Source: the human T2T-CHM13v2.0 reference genome, Homo sapiens
DNA length: 64,000 nucleotides
Reading direction: 5' to 3' (one strand)
Assembly (NCBI RefSeq): GCF_009914755.1
Contig: NC_060927.1
Made by a program: the position numbers and the translations under genes. The notes beneath the pieces are model-generated. The model was not told the origin of the DNA. It worked only from the letters and a program-made list of their open reading frames with translations, and made no database searches. Shown here piece by piece: positions 42,957-55,200 of this stretch (position 1 is the stretch's first letter; every line of letters starts with the position of its first letter).

Positions 42957-44411
42957 TGATGGCAGCAGCGGCCCATCTGGAGGGTCTGCTGCAAAGACGT
43001 CCACTGCAGTGGGGTAGGTGCGGCCAGGGCTGCATACTTCACAGAGCCAGCCGGGACAGGCAACATTTGGGAGCCCTGCACCGTACTGAGTCAATGGGGC
43101 AGGAGCCGGACACTCCTGGAGCCCCACACTCCAGGGTGCAGCTGCAGCCACCCAGCCATGGCCCAGGACCCAGGCATCTCTGCACTCTCGGGGGCCCAGG
43201 AAGCTCCTTGTCTCTGCAGGCTTGAAAGTTCCTGCTCCCACTGCCTGGCCTCAACCGGCTCCTGGCACCCACTCTGGGTGGGAGCAAAGTTGTGGCCGAG
43301 CCTGGGAGCTCTTGCAACCCGGCCAGGTGTGTGCATGCTTGGGGTGGCACTGGCATGTCAGCGCCCTGAAGCCTTGGTCCCCTCCAGACTTTGGACGTCA
43401 ACAACTACGGGAGGGAGGCTGAGTGGGGCCTGAGGGCAGCTCCGCATGGGTCCCCAGGTGCCCCTCAGCTCAAACATCCTGGGTGCCCTGGATGACAGGT
43501 CAGCCCAGGAGGCAGACAGTCTCCTGGGCAGAAAGGTGCGGGTCCCTGGTGACGCCCCACCTTCAAGTCAAGGAAGGCCTGAAGCCTGGAGGCCAGGATG
43601 TCAGTTCTGGGTGGAGTCCGCGGCCTGGAGTGAGAATTTATGGCGCTTTTTCAGTGCCCACTGATGGCTGTCCATGGACCAATCAACATGCACTTCCTCC
43701 CTTCTGAGCCCGTAAGAAAACCCAGACCAAGCCAGACTCACACAGACACTGGGGCTATCCTCTTTAGGTCTCGCGAGAGCTGTTCTGTCGCTCAATGAAA
43801 CTCCTCCCCACCTTGCCCACCCACATCGTTCTTCCTGGACGTGGAACAGGAACTCTCGCCGCTGAGTAGCGGGACTGAAAGCTGTAACGCAAACAGGGCT
43901 GTAATGCACCGCCTGCTCGTCGGCTTGCGGCCGACGAGAAGGAGAAAAGAACTGCGGCTCTTCGGGGACCCCAGACCTAGGGGAATCCCTGGGCCAGGGC
44001 AATGACACCCTCTTTGGGTCTCTGAGGTTCCTGTTGTTTTCAAGGTTCCAGGCACCACTGCATTACCCTTATCCAGATGCGGGTGCCCGCAGTGGAAGTC
44101 ACTTGCGGTGGCTGCAGCCACCTGATCCAGCTGCAGCTTTGCATGGAGCTGGCGCCTGTGCCGGCGCCTGGAACTGCCCACCCCACTACAGCAGCTGGCG
44201 GGCTTGGCTGTGTGCAGTGGCTGGACTCCATGCTCACTCCGCTCCGTGCCTGGCTCACCCTTGGCTGGCATAGGATCCGGAATGGTAGCGCTAGCGGAGC
44301 ACAGGCTGCCGGGCCGTGTGGGTGGAATGAGCTGAGTGGGCAAATCTCGGGAAAAGGCGCCACCACCACAGAAGTTTCAGCTGGAATAGTGACATCCTAA
44401 GGATCCCCAAA
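42957..44411 (+). mobile_element. MER52 (MER52A-like, ERV1) solo LTR
   Basis: Starts TGATGGCAGCAGCGGCCCATCTGGAG, ends GTGACATCCTAAGGATCCC; ~1.45 kb, GC-rich. Confidence 0.88.
43670..43980 (+). promoter_or_regulatory. Candidate LTR promoter: CCAAT box, TCTCGCGAGA element and CpG-dense patch
   Basis: CCAAT at 43679-43683; TCTCGCGAGA at 43769-43778; 17 CpGs (hand count) in 43761-43970. Activity is inferred, not shown. Confidence 0.5.
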
Positions 44412-44510
44412 CTCTATGTGTGTACATGGATATATACACACACACTATGTGTACAGGGATACATATACACACATACTCTGTGTGTGTGAATGTGTACATG
44501 GATACACGAT
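44412..44510. repeat. Degenerate TG/TA/CA minisatellite, continuing 42905-42956
   Basis: CTGTGTGTGTGAATGTGTAC(T/A)TGGATA on both sides of the LTR. Confidence 0.8.
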
Positions 44511-45664
44511 AAATGAATATTTATAGATATTGCTAAAATATGTTTATTTAATGTATACCAAGGACTTACTCGTCAATATTTATTAGATTTCTGAATTGCT
44601 TTTGTACATTTCACTTTTATATATTTTCTAGATTCTTATAGATAATTTTATGTTTATTTACTGTTTCTATGTGCCAACTCAGTAGTTTGTAATACCATTG
44701 ATATATTTCCAATGTGTGTTTATAGTCTGGAAAATTTTTACTATATTATATATCTGCTAAACTACATCTCAGAAAACTCACCAGAGACAATGATTTATTT
44801 CCATGTGAAAATAATATTACTTTTATAGGAAAATTTGAAAAGCTATTTTGAAAATTTAAGAAATTAAATATTAATATGTAAATCACTGGTAAAAATCCTA
44901 TAAGAAAAATGAGAATTCATAATTTTCCTAAAACTTTTTATGCTTTTTTATATTATGTTATTTGTACTTTTTCAATCCCTTGTAGGTTCATAAAGGAATT
45001 ATAAAAATACAAGATATGCTTTTCTCATTATTTTAAGCACATTTCAGTTATGAGTTAATATATAAAAGGAAAGAGGCAGAAACATCTTGAACTAAAAGTA
45101 CAGTAAAAATCTATAGTAAATTGATATAAAGCGAATGATGATTTGCTCCTGTCAGACATTCATTCTCTCTTTCTCAAACAAAGAGGGTAAGGTTGTTTTT
45201 CTTGCAGAGGTATTAGAAGATGACTACTGCTGGATCTTTTGGTCCAAAAACTACATTGCATAGTTAGTTGTCTACCATAGAAGATCCATTATGTTTATTT
45301 TGAGTTGTTTTGTGACAGTATTATCTAACAAAAATATTATTTTTCATTAACCCCAAGAAATTTGGCCCTTTATTATAGGCTATTGAATTTTGGGACCCTA
45401 AACTATAAGAAAAAAATGATAAAGTTTGCATGTTCTATATCAAGGGTGTTTGTATATATGCTGTGTTAAGTAATATTGAAATACTTCTTCAAAAGACAAA
45501 TAGATTCTCAAGTGTCATGTAAGTAGAAATTCAAGTAAACGGAGTTACATTAATGAAAAGAGTTTCCTGTTTTCATATGAAATTTAGGTACTATAAATTG
45601 ATTTGAGAAGATATTTTGGATGAAACAGAACTAATATTTATTTAAGAAAAAAAAAAGGATTAGT

Positions 45665-46114
45665 TATCTTCTATTTGCTGGATTTTATTCACTCTCCATC
45701 TTTCCCTACCTTGTTCTGTGTCTTAGCACGCTAAATCTTACAGGTAACATCAAAGGTCTCCTTGCTTTCTGGAATCCAGTTGCATTTGCTATATTGGAGT
45801 GTGCAGAGTACAGAGGTTGAAACTTGGGTATTGAATCCCAGGGATCTCTACCAAGCAGGCTGCTGGAGATTGGTCCCTGTCCCGGGAATTAACACCCCTT
45901 TTCAGGCAACACTCTATTGAGGCACTCTCTAGGCTCTGGTAGCTGCATGATTTCTTTTCTCCTTTAGAACCTTGATGATCATCTTCCCTCAATCCTACTG
46001 CATTCTCCCTGCTGGATTCGCCAGATTTTGTCTCCACAGTTGAAAGCAGTCTGTTACTAAATTGTTGACAGCTTGAGTGTATCTGTCTTTTCTGTTAGAA
46101 ATCTGACAGAAATA
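45665..46114 (+). mobile_element. LTR33-like (ERVL) solo LTR
   Basis: CTCCTTGCTTTCTGGAATCCAGTTGCATTTG...; ends TTGAGTGTATCTGTCTTTTCTG...CTGACAGAAATA. Confidence 0.6.
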
Positions 46115-46534
46115 GCACAATTATTCAAGTGTGCCTATTCTTTTCTTTCTCTTGTATTTGACAAATGTGACTGTATCTACTTGCAAATATAAATATAAAA
46201 TATTTCATTATAATTAACAACCCCCCCAGCATTTATATGAGTTATATGTACTAATGTGTGGATGTCTAAATACAATAGACTCTTAATTAATTAGACAATG
46301 ACAACCAAACACAAGACATTCGTAGCAGGAAAAAAATTCCAAGATAATTTGAACATATATATTAATATTGAAAAAATACAAACTGCAAAAAACACAAGTT
46401 AAAATTTGATATCAAAAGCATCAAAATTTGGGTATCTCAAATGAAAAAAGATTAAAAATAGTATGTTCCTTTATCAAGTAATTTATTTTTAAGTTTAAAA
46501 ATATTTTCCACAATAGGTTTTTTTTTTGTTCATC

Positions 46535-47510
46535 TTTGTAGATTTTGACTTTTATTTAGATTTAGGGGATACACATGCAAGTTTTTTACATTGTATATTA
46601 CGTGATGCTGAGGTCTAGGGTATGAATGATCCCATTACCCAATGAGCATAGTACCTGATAGGTAGTTTTTCAATTTTGCCCTGTCCCCCGCTCCTCCCTT
46701 TGGGAGTCCCCAGTGTCTATTGCTCCCAACTTTATGTCCTTATGTACCTAATGTGTAGCTCTCACATATAGTTGAAAAAATGAGGTATTTGGTTTTCTGT
46801 TTCTGCATTAATTTGCTTAGAATAATGACCTCCAACTGCATCCGTGTTGCTGCAAAGATGTGATTTCATTCTTTGTTTTAGCTGTGTAATATTCCATGGT
46901 GTAAATGTACCAAATTTTCTTTATCCAATCCACCATTCACAGACAGGTTGATTTCATGTCTTTCCCATAATGAACAGTGCTGCAATGAACATACAAGGGC
47001 ATGTCTTTTTAGTAACAATTTATTTTCCTTTGGCTATATACCCAGTAATGAGATTTCTGGGTCAAATGGTAGTTCTGTTTAACGTTCTTTGAGAAATTTA
47101 TGAACTTCTTTCCACAGTGGCTGAACTAATTTACATTCTAACCAACAGTGTATAATGTTTCCTTTACTCCACAGCCTTACCAGTATCTGTTATTTTTTGA
47201 CATTTTAATAATAGCCATTCCGATTGGTGTGAGATTCTATCGCATAGTGGTTTTGATTTGCAGTTATCTGATGATTAGTGATGTTCAGCATTTCTTCATG
47301 TTCGTTGGTCACTTGTATGTCTTTCTTTGAGAGGTATCTATTCATGTCTTTTGACCACTTTTTAATTAGGTTATTTCTCCCTTGTTGAATTAAGCACTTA
47401 TAGCTTCTCGATTTTCGAACTTTGTCATATACATAGTTGCAAATATTTTCTCCCATTCTTTAGGATTTTTGTTTACTCTTTAGTCTAATTAGGTCCACTT
47501 GTCAATTTTT
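46535..47510 (-). mobile_element. L1PA15/16-like 3' portion
   Basis: GTGATGCTGAGGTCTAGGGTATGAATGATCCC; GAGTCCCCAGTGTCTATTG; ORF2 C-terminal relics. Confidence 0.85.
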
Positions 47511-47872
47511 AACAGAGGCTTGTTTACTATAAAATAAATTTATATTTCTCTGCTTTAATGATGTTAGAAATGAGTTAGGAAAGCTTGAAATTATATGATC
47601 AGTCATGAGAGTGTTAAAAATGATTGCATAACTGATCTAAAAGTAAAAGTAAAATGATCATAGTTTGTAAAATATAATATTAATTCAAACAAAACCGAGA
47701 TGACCAAAATGATTGCTTGGATGTATTTCATTCTACTCATCAAGAATGTACATTGTTAATTATAAATTATTAAATACATGTAGAAAGAGATAATATGAAT
47801 GTATTGAGATGTGCCTCACAGCACTTTATCTATATGTCTCTTTTAAGATAAAAGATTCTCTTAATATGCCTC

Positions 47873-48032
47873 TGTATTAGTCTGTTTTGACACTGCTATT
47901 AAGAATTGCCTAAGAGTATGTAATTTATATTAAAAAAAAGAGGTTTAATTGACTCACAGTTCCGCATGGCTGACATGTGGAGATTACAAGTCGAGATGAG
48001 ATTTGATGAGGACATAGAGCCAAGACATATCA
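47873..48032 (-). mobile_element. THE1/MST-type MaLR solo LTR with large internal deletion
   Basis: TGTATTAGTCTG...AGAGGTTTAATTGACTCACAGTTCCGCATGGCTG joined to GAGATGAGATTTG...CATATCA; TSD GCCTC on both sides. Confidence 0.9.
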
Positions 48033-48224
48033 GCCTCTTTGAAGAAGAGTCATTTAAAAACCATTAACTATAAATGTTATAAAGAGCTAAAAAACTTTCT
48101 AAAATTGATTTTCTAAATTCAAGAAATTGAAAGAATCCTCCCTTCTCCCATATTTTTTGATATTCACGGTTATTAATTTATTTTTTAAATTTTAAATTTG
48201 AATTTATATTATTTATAATTATTA

Positions 48225-48930
48225 TTTTATTATTTATAATTATAAGTTAAATTATGCAATAAAATGTATAGGTCTTAAGGTACATTTTGATGTCCTCTGA
48301 CAAGTAAATATGTCCACATAATCCACACTGAAGTCAATATTAGACCATCTCCCTCACCTCAGAAAGTTCCTTATGACCCTGTGGAAGTCAGGTACCACAA
48401 GTGAGAAAAATCCACAGTAGTGGTTTCAAAACTATATATTAGTTTTGTTTCTCCAGGAACATTATGTAAATGGAATCACGTAGATGTACTATCCTGTATC
48501 AAACATTTTTGGCTGAAAATAACATCTAAGAAATCCATTCATTCTACTGTAATTATCAGTGCTTTTTAATTGATGGATAGTACTTTATTGTATGGATATA
48601 CCACAATATGTATTTATACTCTCAGGTGGATGAACATTTGGGAGGCTTCTAGTTTTTGACTATTATGAAAAAGGTGCCTTAACATGACTTAAAAATCTTA
48701 ACATTTTTATACAAGATGTTTGATGAATACACATTTTCATCTGTTTTTGGTAAACCTAAGAGTGGAAAGTCTCTCTCAAAGGGTAGATTGACATTAAAAG
48801 AACCTGTCAAACTGTTTCCCAAAGTTGGGGGTTTCACTTTTCATTTCCACCAGTAAGGTATGAACGTTTTAGTTTTCTACGTCTTTGGAAATATTAGGTG
48901 CTAAGCATCACTTGATTTTAGCCATTGGAT
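48225..48930 (-). mobile_element. L1MB/ME 3' fragment
   Basis: CCTCAGAAAGTTCC, ATGTAAATGGAATCA, TTATTGTATGGATATACCACAA, GATGAACATTTGGG. Confidence 0.8.
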
Positions 48931-48989
48931 ACATATTTGTGGTAATAATGCAGAAGTTTGATATGTAAAATACATAAATGTTGAAACAT

Positions 48990-49720
48990 TAAAAATATAA
49001 ATTATCTATGAGAAAAATGAATAGAGGACATCAAGTGAAAAATAACACAAAGTATAACTACCCAATAAACATATGGAAATAAGTTAACTCCACATAGCAC
49101 ATATCAAACAGCTGCTAATTAAAATATGATGACACTTTAAAATTTATCAAATTAGACTTGATTAAAAATAAAACTGCAACATTGTTGTGAGAGTAGAGTA
49201 TAAGGGAGATGTATATGGTCTTTTATTTGGAATATAGATTTATATATATTTCTCAAATAATTGGCAATATTTATTAAAGCATATTAAAATGTCCTACCTG
49301 TTTGTTATCTTGTATTTTAACTTTCACACAAATATAATAAGGAGTTGATACAGGATAAAAATGGAAGTTTTTAGCAAAAATGTTGAAAGATGTATAACGT
49401 CAACATATTTAAAACTTTTAAATGTCTAATTGAAATTATTAAATTGAAGCCCATAGACTCTTCTTAAATATTTTTACCATTAAAAATGTTTGGAATAATA
49501 TTTCATAATCCATTTATGTTTAAGCTTAAAAATATTACATCTAATTTGATTTATATTCATAGTGATATATAATCATATGTAAAAAAAATACACAAATATA
49601 TTCCTGGAAGAAACACTTGAAAATTACTGGCATAATAGATGAGTGATGCCATTATTTCTGACTTGTGCTTTCTTTCTTTTTTTCACATTTTTGACAATAA
49701 ATATGTAATATTTTAATTGT
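48990..49720 (+). mobile_element. Degraded L1ME 3' fragment
   Basis: CCAATAAACATATGGAAA, ATTGGCAATATTTATTAAA relics. Confidence 0.5.
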
Positions 49721-50124
49721 TTACAGTGGACTTTTTTTTCCATTTGTTTACATATGTTTTCTTGCATTGACCCGTATTATCTATTTGAATTATTTATAAT
49801 TCATACAGTCATATGTATTGTTTACCTTACTATTTCATTTCCTCCTTTTACTTATTTGCTTGTATGTCTGGAAAATACTTCAAATATTGATTTTGTATCC
49901 CTAGCTCTACTCTTACCACAGTTCTCCATAAAATTACCCACCCTTCCCCACAGTCACACATAAGAAAAATTTAATGTAAGATATATCCACTCAATGTCTC
50001 ACTTACATTTATAAACGTGACCTCTAATTTCTATCACCCTTCAGGAAGTGGGCCTAAAAAATTACTGTTGATGCAGTACATGGTCTGAAATTATCCAAAA
50101 ATAGCATTTGTGATAGTTAGAATA

Positions 50125-50505
50125 CAAGCTGAAAACTGATTGCTCCACATGCTGAATTGGTCTGTAAGTTAATTTTGTTTGCCCTGCACAATGCTTCAAA
50201 TGTCATTTATTTCTGCGATTGAAACATTTTACATAATAACTGAGATTTTCAGCTTTACTCAAAATGTAAGAAAGATTCAACCACATTGAGTCTGTGGTTC
50301 TGCAAATCCTGAAAAAAATGTCAAATACTCCATTTGTAGGCAGTCTACTTTGATCACCAGCATCTTTTTTGTTTGTTTATTTATAAGTGAATTTTATTTT
50401 AAATTATAAAATGAAACTTTGTCTATGCAATGTATGGTACTCAAGAGAAATTGACCCTTTATTCATGTTCACGAGTGGGTCCTAATTAGCTTTGGTCAGT
50501 CATGA
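50125..50505 (+). mobile_element. hAT-Charlie MITE (MER102-like)
   Basis: TTTTGTTTGCCCTGCACAATG...GATTTTCAGCTT...CCACATTGAGTCTG. Confidence 0.45.
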
Positions 50506-50578
50506 CAATCAGATCTATTTTGTAGGTGATTGACTCAGAAAATTCAGCTTTACACATCAACAGACAATATTCAGCTGG

Positions 50579-50940
50579 TGCTATGGTCCATATGTTTATG
50601 TACCCCAAAATTAAAATCTTAAAATTCTAACTCCCACGGTGGTGGTATTAAGAAGTGTGGACTTTAAGGAAGTAATTAGGTCAAAAATGCAGAGACTTTA
50701 TGAATAGGATTAGTGCCCTTATAAAAGAAGCTCCAGAAAGCTTCCTTGCTCTTCTGCACTGTGAGAACAAAGCAAGAAAACACTCTTCATAACGAAGCAA
50801 GCTCTTTCTCAATACCAAATCTGCCAGTTCATTGATCTTAGACTTTCTAGCTTCTAGAACTGTAAGAAATAAATTTCTGTTGTTTAATAAGCCACCCAGC
50901 CTATACTATCTTATTATAGAAGCCCGAAGGGACTGAGACA
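50579..50940 (+). mobile_element. MLT1A-like MaLR solo LTR
   Basis: TGCTATGG...GCCCTTATAAAAGA...AGAAATAAATTTCTGTTG...GACTGAGACA; TSD GCTGG/CCTGG. Confidence 0.9.
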
Positions 50941-51040
50941 CCTGGAAATTGTTTTAGCCAGAAAGTGAGCACATGGACTGAAGTGAGCCAAGCCAAAGAA
51001 GGAAAGACTTTTTATTCAAGCCTTGTAGAAAAACTAACTC

Positions 51041-51075
51041 TTTCTCACTCTCTCTCTCTTTCTCTCTCTCTCTTT
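51041..51075. repeat. (CT)n microsatellite, imperfect
   Basis: Directly visible. Confidence 0.9.
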
Positions 51076-51659
51076 TTCTTTGTGTCAATGAAAAAAATTG
51101 AAGAGAGCCTTGACAACAATAACACTGATAATGACTCTTTATCAGGACTTCCAGTCATACAAAACATATTACTTAGGTCATTTGAGCCAGATTTTGATTA
51201 CCTGTATTAGGAAGCATCTATTTGAAACTCTCATTTAGTTCGTGCACATATGCTCCCACTTAAAAGATAACCATTTGCAATTCATTATCCTGGACTTAGC
51301 CTTCTTTACTAATCTGTATTTCCTATGTGACTCTTGAAAGCATTTCGGTTAATAAACACTAATTTAGCAAACTTGAAACATTATATTTTAAAATAATCCT
51401 AAAAGGACGTTGTGTGCATGTGTGTATGAAGGGGGAACTCATGATGTTGACTACGTATCCTTTAACTTATATACCTGAGAAGCAGACATCTGATGTTTTT
51501 TATTAAATACAGATTAGCAATTTTAGTACTCAGAAATAAAGACATACTTTTGTAAGAGATGTGCAGCTTAATGCATATATATGACTGAAAATAGAGTATG
51601 CTCGTACCCACACACTTGTTAGCACTATCGATTTCCTCAAATACAAATTTGAAAGCTGC

Positions 51660-51765
51660 ACGTATGTCTTCTTTTAAAAAGTGTCAGTTCATGTCCTTTC
51701 CCTGCTTATTAATGTCATTGTATATGTTTTGCTTGTTGAACTATTTAAGTTTCTTATAGACTCTT
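51660..51765 (-). mobile_element. Short L1 ORF2-end fragment
   Basis: TATGTCTTCTTTTAAAAAGTGTCAGTTCATGTCCTTT; homologous to ~47315-47405. Confidence 0.7.
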
Positions 51766-53183
51766 ACAGAACCATCTCTAAAGGTTACCACTGCTAACCA
51801 GTTTCTCATAGACATGTGTAAAAGCATATATAGCAAGCTAGATTGAAAGGTCAATATTGTATATATTTAATTCTACTTTATATTTAGTTCTACTTGAAGG
51901 AGTGTAAATAATACCTAATTCTACTGTTTTAAAGCATTTCATAGAATTCAGTATTTCAAACAGTCCTCAGTCATATAAATATGGCTAAATAAGTGAATTA
52001 GTCTGTAAATGTACATCCTGTTGATAAATAAGGTAACAGACTATTTTAATTCATCGTATTAGTATAGTTTTTTATTCCCTGAAAAGTACTGTCTATTTAC
52101 AGTTAATGGATCTCCTCATCTGTAAAAATATTAACTTGGTCACTAAAAACATCTTTTAATAAACATTTCTGAAATGTGAAATTAATAAAAAGTCATAACA
52201 CTGAGTTCTTAGGCTATGTAAATTTTCATTAAAATAATGACTCCACTAGTTTTCAGATAGTCATGTGTAGCTTGACAGGTATAGTTTGGGAATAAAGACA
52301 AAAATTTACAGTCCAGATTATTCACTATGTTGATGTTAGACATAAAGAAATTTGAAACTCTCTAGATGTAAAATCTTTACAATTTGAAAATAAATATATC
52401 GTCCATTCATATTCACATAGATATTATACGTTAAGTATTAAATAAGTAAAAAATATTTCTGAAAATTTAAATATCTTTGAAAAAGATTAGTGATGCCACT
52501 ATTTTTATTTTGGATTTATATACCTTTCTGCTTATTAGCACCAGCCCAATGCTTAAAACAGACTACTTCTATCTGCATAGAAAAAAGCACATTCTATGAT
52601 TCTATATCTCATACTTAAGGAACTTTTATTTTAAAAAGTAAACAGAGAACAGTAGCCAATAACAACAGCAAAGTAGTAACAACAAACAGCTGTAGCTGCA
52701 ACAATACCAGTTATAAAACAACAAGGTAAAACAAATATAACCTAGAAAACGAAGGTAGTATGTGAGGCATATGTAACTAAATACTTTTTTTCACGAGTTT
52801 AGTGATAGATGAACTGATTAACAAAATATATTTCCTTTAACAATCTTGCTAATATGGCTTTTCACCACCATTGCATTAAAACAAAAAGCTAACTTTTCCT
52901 AAATCTTGATATATGAATTTAAAAAAATGGCTTCTATTGGAGTTACAGTGTTTCTGAAAATCATTTTTGGCAGTTTTCTGCTTTAGACAGAGCATATCCT
53001 AGTGACTTAAGTTGGAGTACAACATATTAATTTAATGTAAACCAATATCTTACTAAAAATATGTACACTTTTAATGTTTTCACAGATGTTTTATAACAAC
53101 CATGACTTACAATATGAAAGAGAGCTAAGTTATTAAACATAAACTTAAGAGACCACAAAAATATTCCTATTCTCAATTTGCCA

Positions 53184-53310
53184 AAAAGGAAGAAAGAAAA
53201 GAGAAAGAAGGAAAGAAAGGGAGGGAAGGAAGAAAGAAAGGAAGGAAAGGAGGAAGAGAGGAATTGACGAAGAAAAGAGGGAAGGAAGGGAGAAGGAAGG
53301 AAAGGAAAAA
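53184..53310. repeat. GA-rich low-complexity tract ((GAAA)/(GGAA)n)
   Basis: Near-pure polypurine run. Confidence 0.92.
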
Positions 53311-53692
53311 CATTATTGCAGATAAAGGGTGGTGCAACTGTGTTTCAACTCTGGCAGCTGACAGGAATAAAAATAGAAAATATATTATTTAGTAATTGAG
53401 TAACAAAGTGAAAAAAAAAAGAAATCTAATATTTATTGAGCACCTGATGTGTGCCATGTAGTTTCATCAATGTTATCTCATTTTATTCTCCAACAATTAC
53501 CTTAAGTAAAAATTGCCCTCTGTTCATTTTAAGCTTATTTCTATAAGCTTCAGAATGAAAGGGGAAGTTCCTTACAGTTAACTAGTGGATTTGATTCTCA
53601 CCAACAATGAATATTTTGAAAGAAATGAAGATTAAGGATATGGAGATAATTTACACCATCGAAAAAAAATACATTTTATTGAAGTAAAACAT

Positions 53693-54174
53693 TGTTCCGT
53701 CCAGCTGAAGTCATCCCAAAAGTGGCAGCAGGTTAGTTTCCACAGGGGAATGCCCCAAATCACCCCAAGATGGGGTCAGTCGGAATTTCAAGGAAAGCAG
53801 CACTAGTTGCCAGAATGATCAGTCCAAAGCATTGTTACCCGGCAATTTACGTATGGAGGGGCCTGCAGAGTGTCCTCACAATGGGCAGTGAGAGAAAGAG
53901 CTGTTTTTCCTAGTTATGCCCACAATGACAGGTCAAGTTATGGAGTTTATATGAGGGTTGAAGGAATTTGGCTTAAAATAAGGCAGGTTCCTTTCAGTGT
54001 TTTGAGGGAAGGGAAGGAGGGAAGGAAGGACAGCCTAAACACCTTTATCAGGACTGGTTACGTTCAAGGCCCCGGCTAAGGTTCAAGCTTGCAGGGGAAC
54101 ACATAGAGCCGGGCAAGTCACAGAGTGGTCAGGAACAGAGAAAAAAGTAGGAGAAACTAAAGGACCCGAAATCA
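53693..54174 (-). mobile_element. Probable ERVL-type solo LTR, family unresolved
   Basis: ~480-bp GC-elevated block with TG...CA ends; antisense TATA-like CATATAAAC at ~53945-53953; no clear TSD. Confidence 0.55.
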
Positions 54175-54259
54175 TCTATGAAGAAAGAGATATGACTCAA
54201 CTATGAAGCTCAGTGAAAGATTATAGACTGATATCACTAACAAAACCATCAACTTAGTT

Positions 54260-55200
54260 ATAAATCCGGTAAACATGTATGGATTTATGTTGTAAATTTC
54301 AATTGTGCTATATTGGCCTATTCTAGTGAATGGAATAATGTCTTTGTTGTATCTTTGGAACCAATGGTCATTATTTATTACTGTACATCTTTCTGATTTG
54401 TTTTTCATCAGTATTATCTTGACTACTATTAACATTTGAATTTCCATAAAGAAACTACTGCCCCATTTGGGACTTAGTTGGGATTGCAGCCAAATTGCAA
54501 ATTCCTTAAAGCTCAGTTCCCTGTTAAGATTTGGTCGGGATTTCAATGAATCTCTAAATCCATTCATGTTTAATTGCCTTTTTTACAATATTGAGTCTTC
54601 CAATCTGTGAAACTGGAATTTCCATTTATTTAGGCCTTCTTTAATTTTGCATATGTTATACTCCTCAGTGTAGAGGTCTTGCAAATCCTTCAGCACATTT
54701 ATGTCTATGTTATATATTTTATTTATTAAATGATATTCAAATAACATAAAGTTCATTTTCTATTTGAATTGACTGCATATTTATCAGCAGTATATATGTA
54801 CCCTTTTAGTTTTTACTATATTTTTACTAAACAATGTTTATATTTACTGTTTTTTCTCATTACAGTTTTGCTAAATTGTATTTTTATAAAATGTATCCAT
54901 TTTATTAAAATATTTCATTTAACAACGTAAAATCGTTTTTAAATTCTTGATATATTTTTAGGACATATAGAATCCCTGTTGTCAGTTTATTTTGCATTTT
55001 ATTACTTCTCTCCCTCCCTCTTTTTATTGTCTTCTATTCACATTAATTACTTATTCTTTTCAAAAATCTAATTTTGGCTTTGATATAATTCTAGTTTTAA
55101 AAGGCTTTTCTATTTTACTACATTTATTTCATTTGTATTATTTTCTTTATATTTTTGTGGCTTAGCTCTCTCTTATTTCAAGTTTTTAATTACTTATATA
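54260..55200 (-). mobile_element. Degraded L1ME ORF2 fragment
   Basis: TTTACAATATTGAGTCTTCCAATCTGTGAA; GTAGAGGTCTTGCA. Confidence 0.65.

Noticed and set aside
42870-44400. Dense cluster of overlapping 66-183-aa ORFs
   Set aside because: Stop-codon scarcity in a GC-rich MER52 LTR; ORFs in many frames on both strands, no domain-like sequence.
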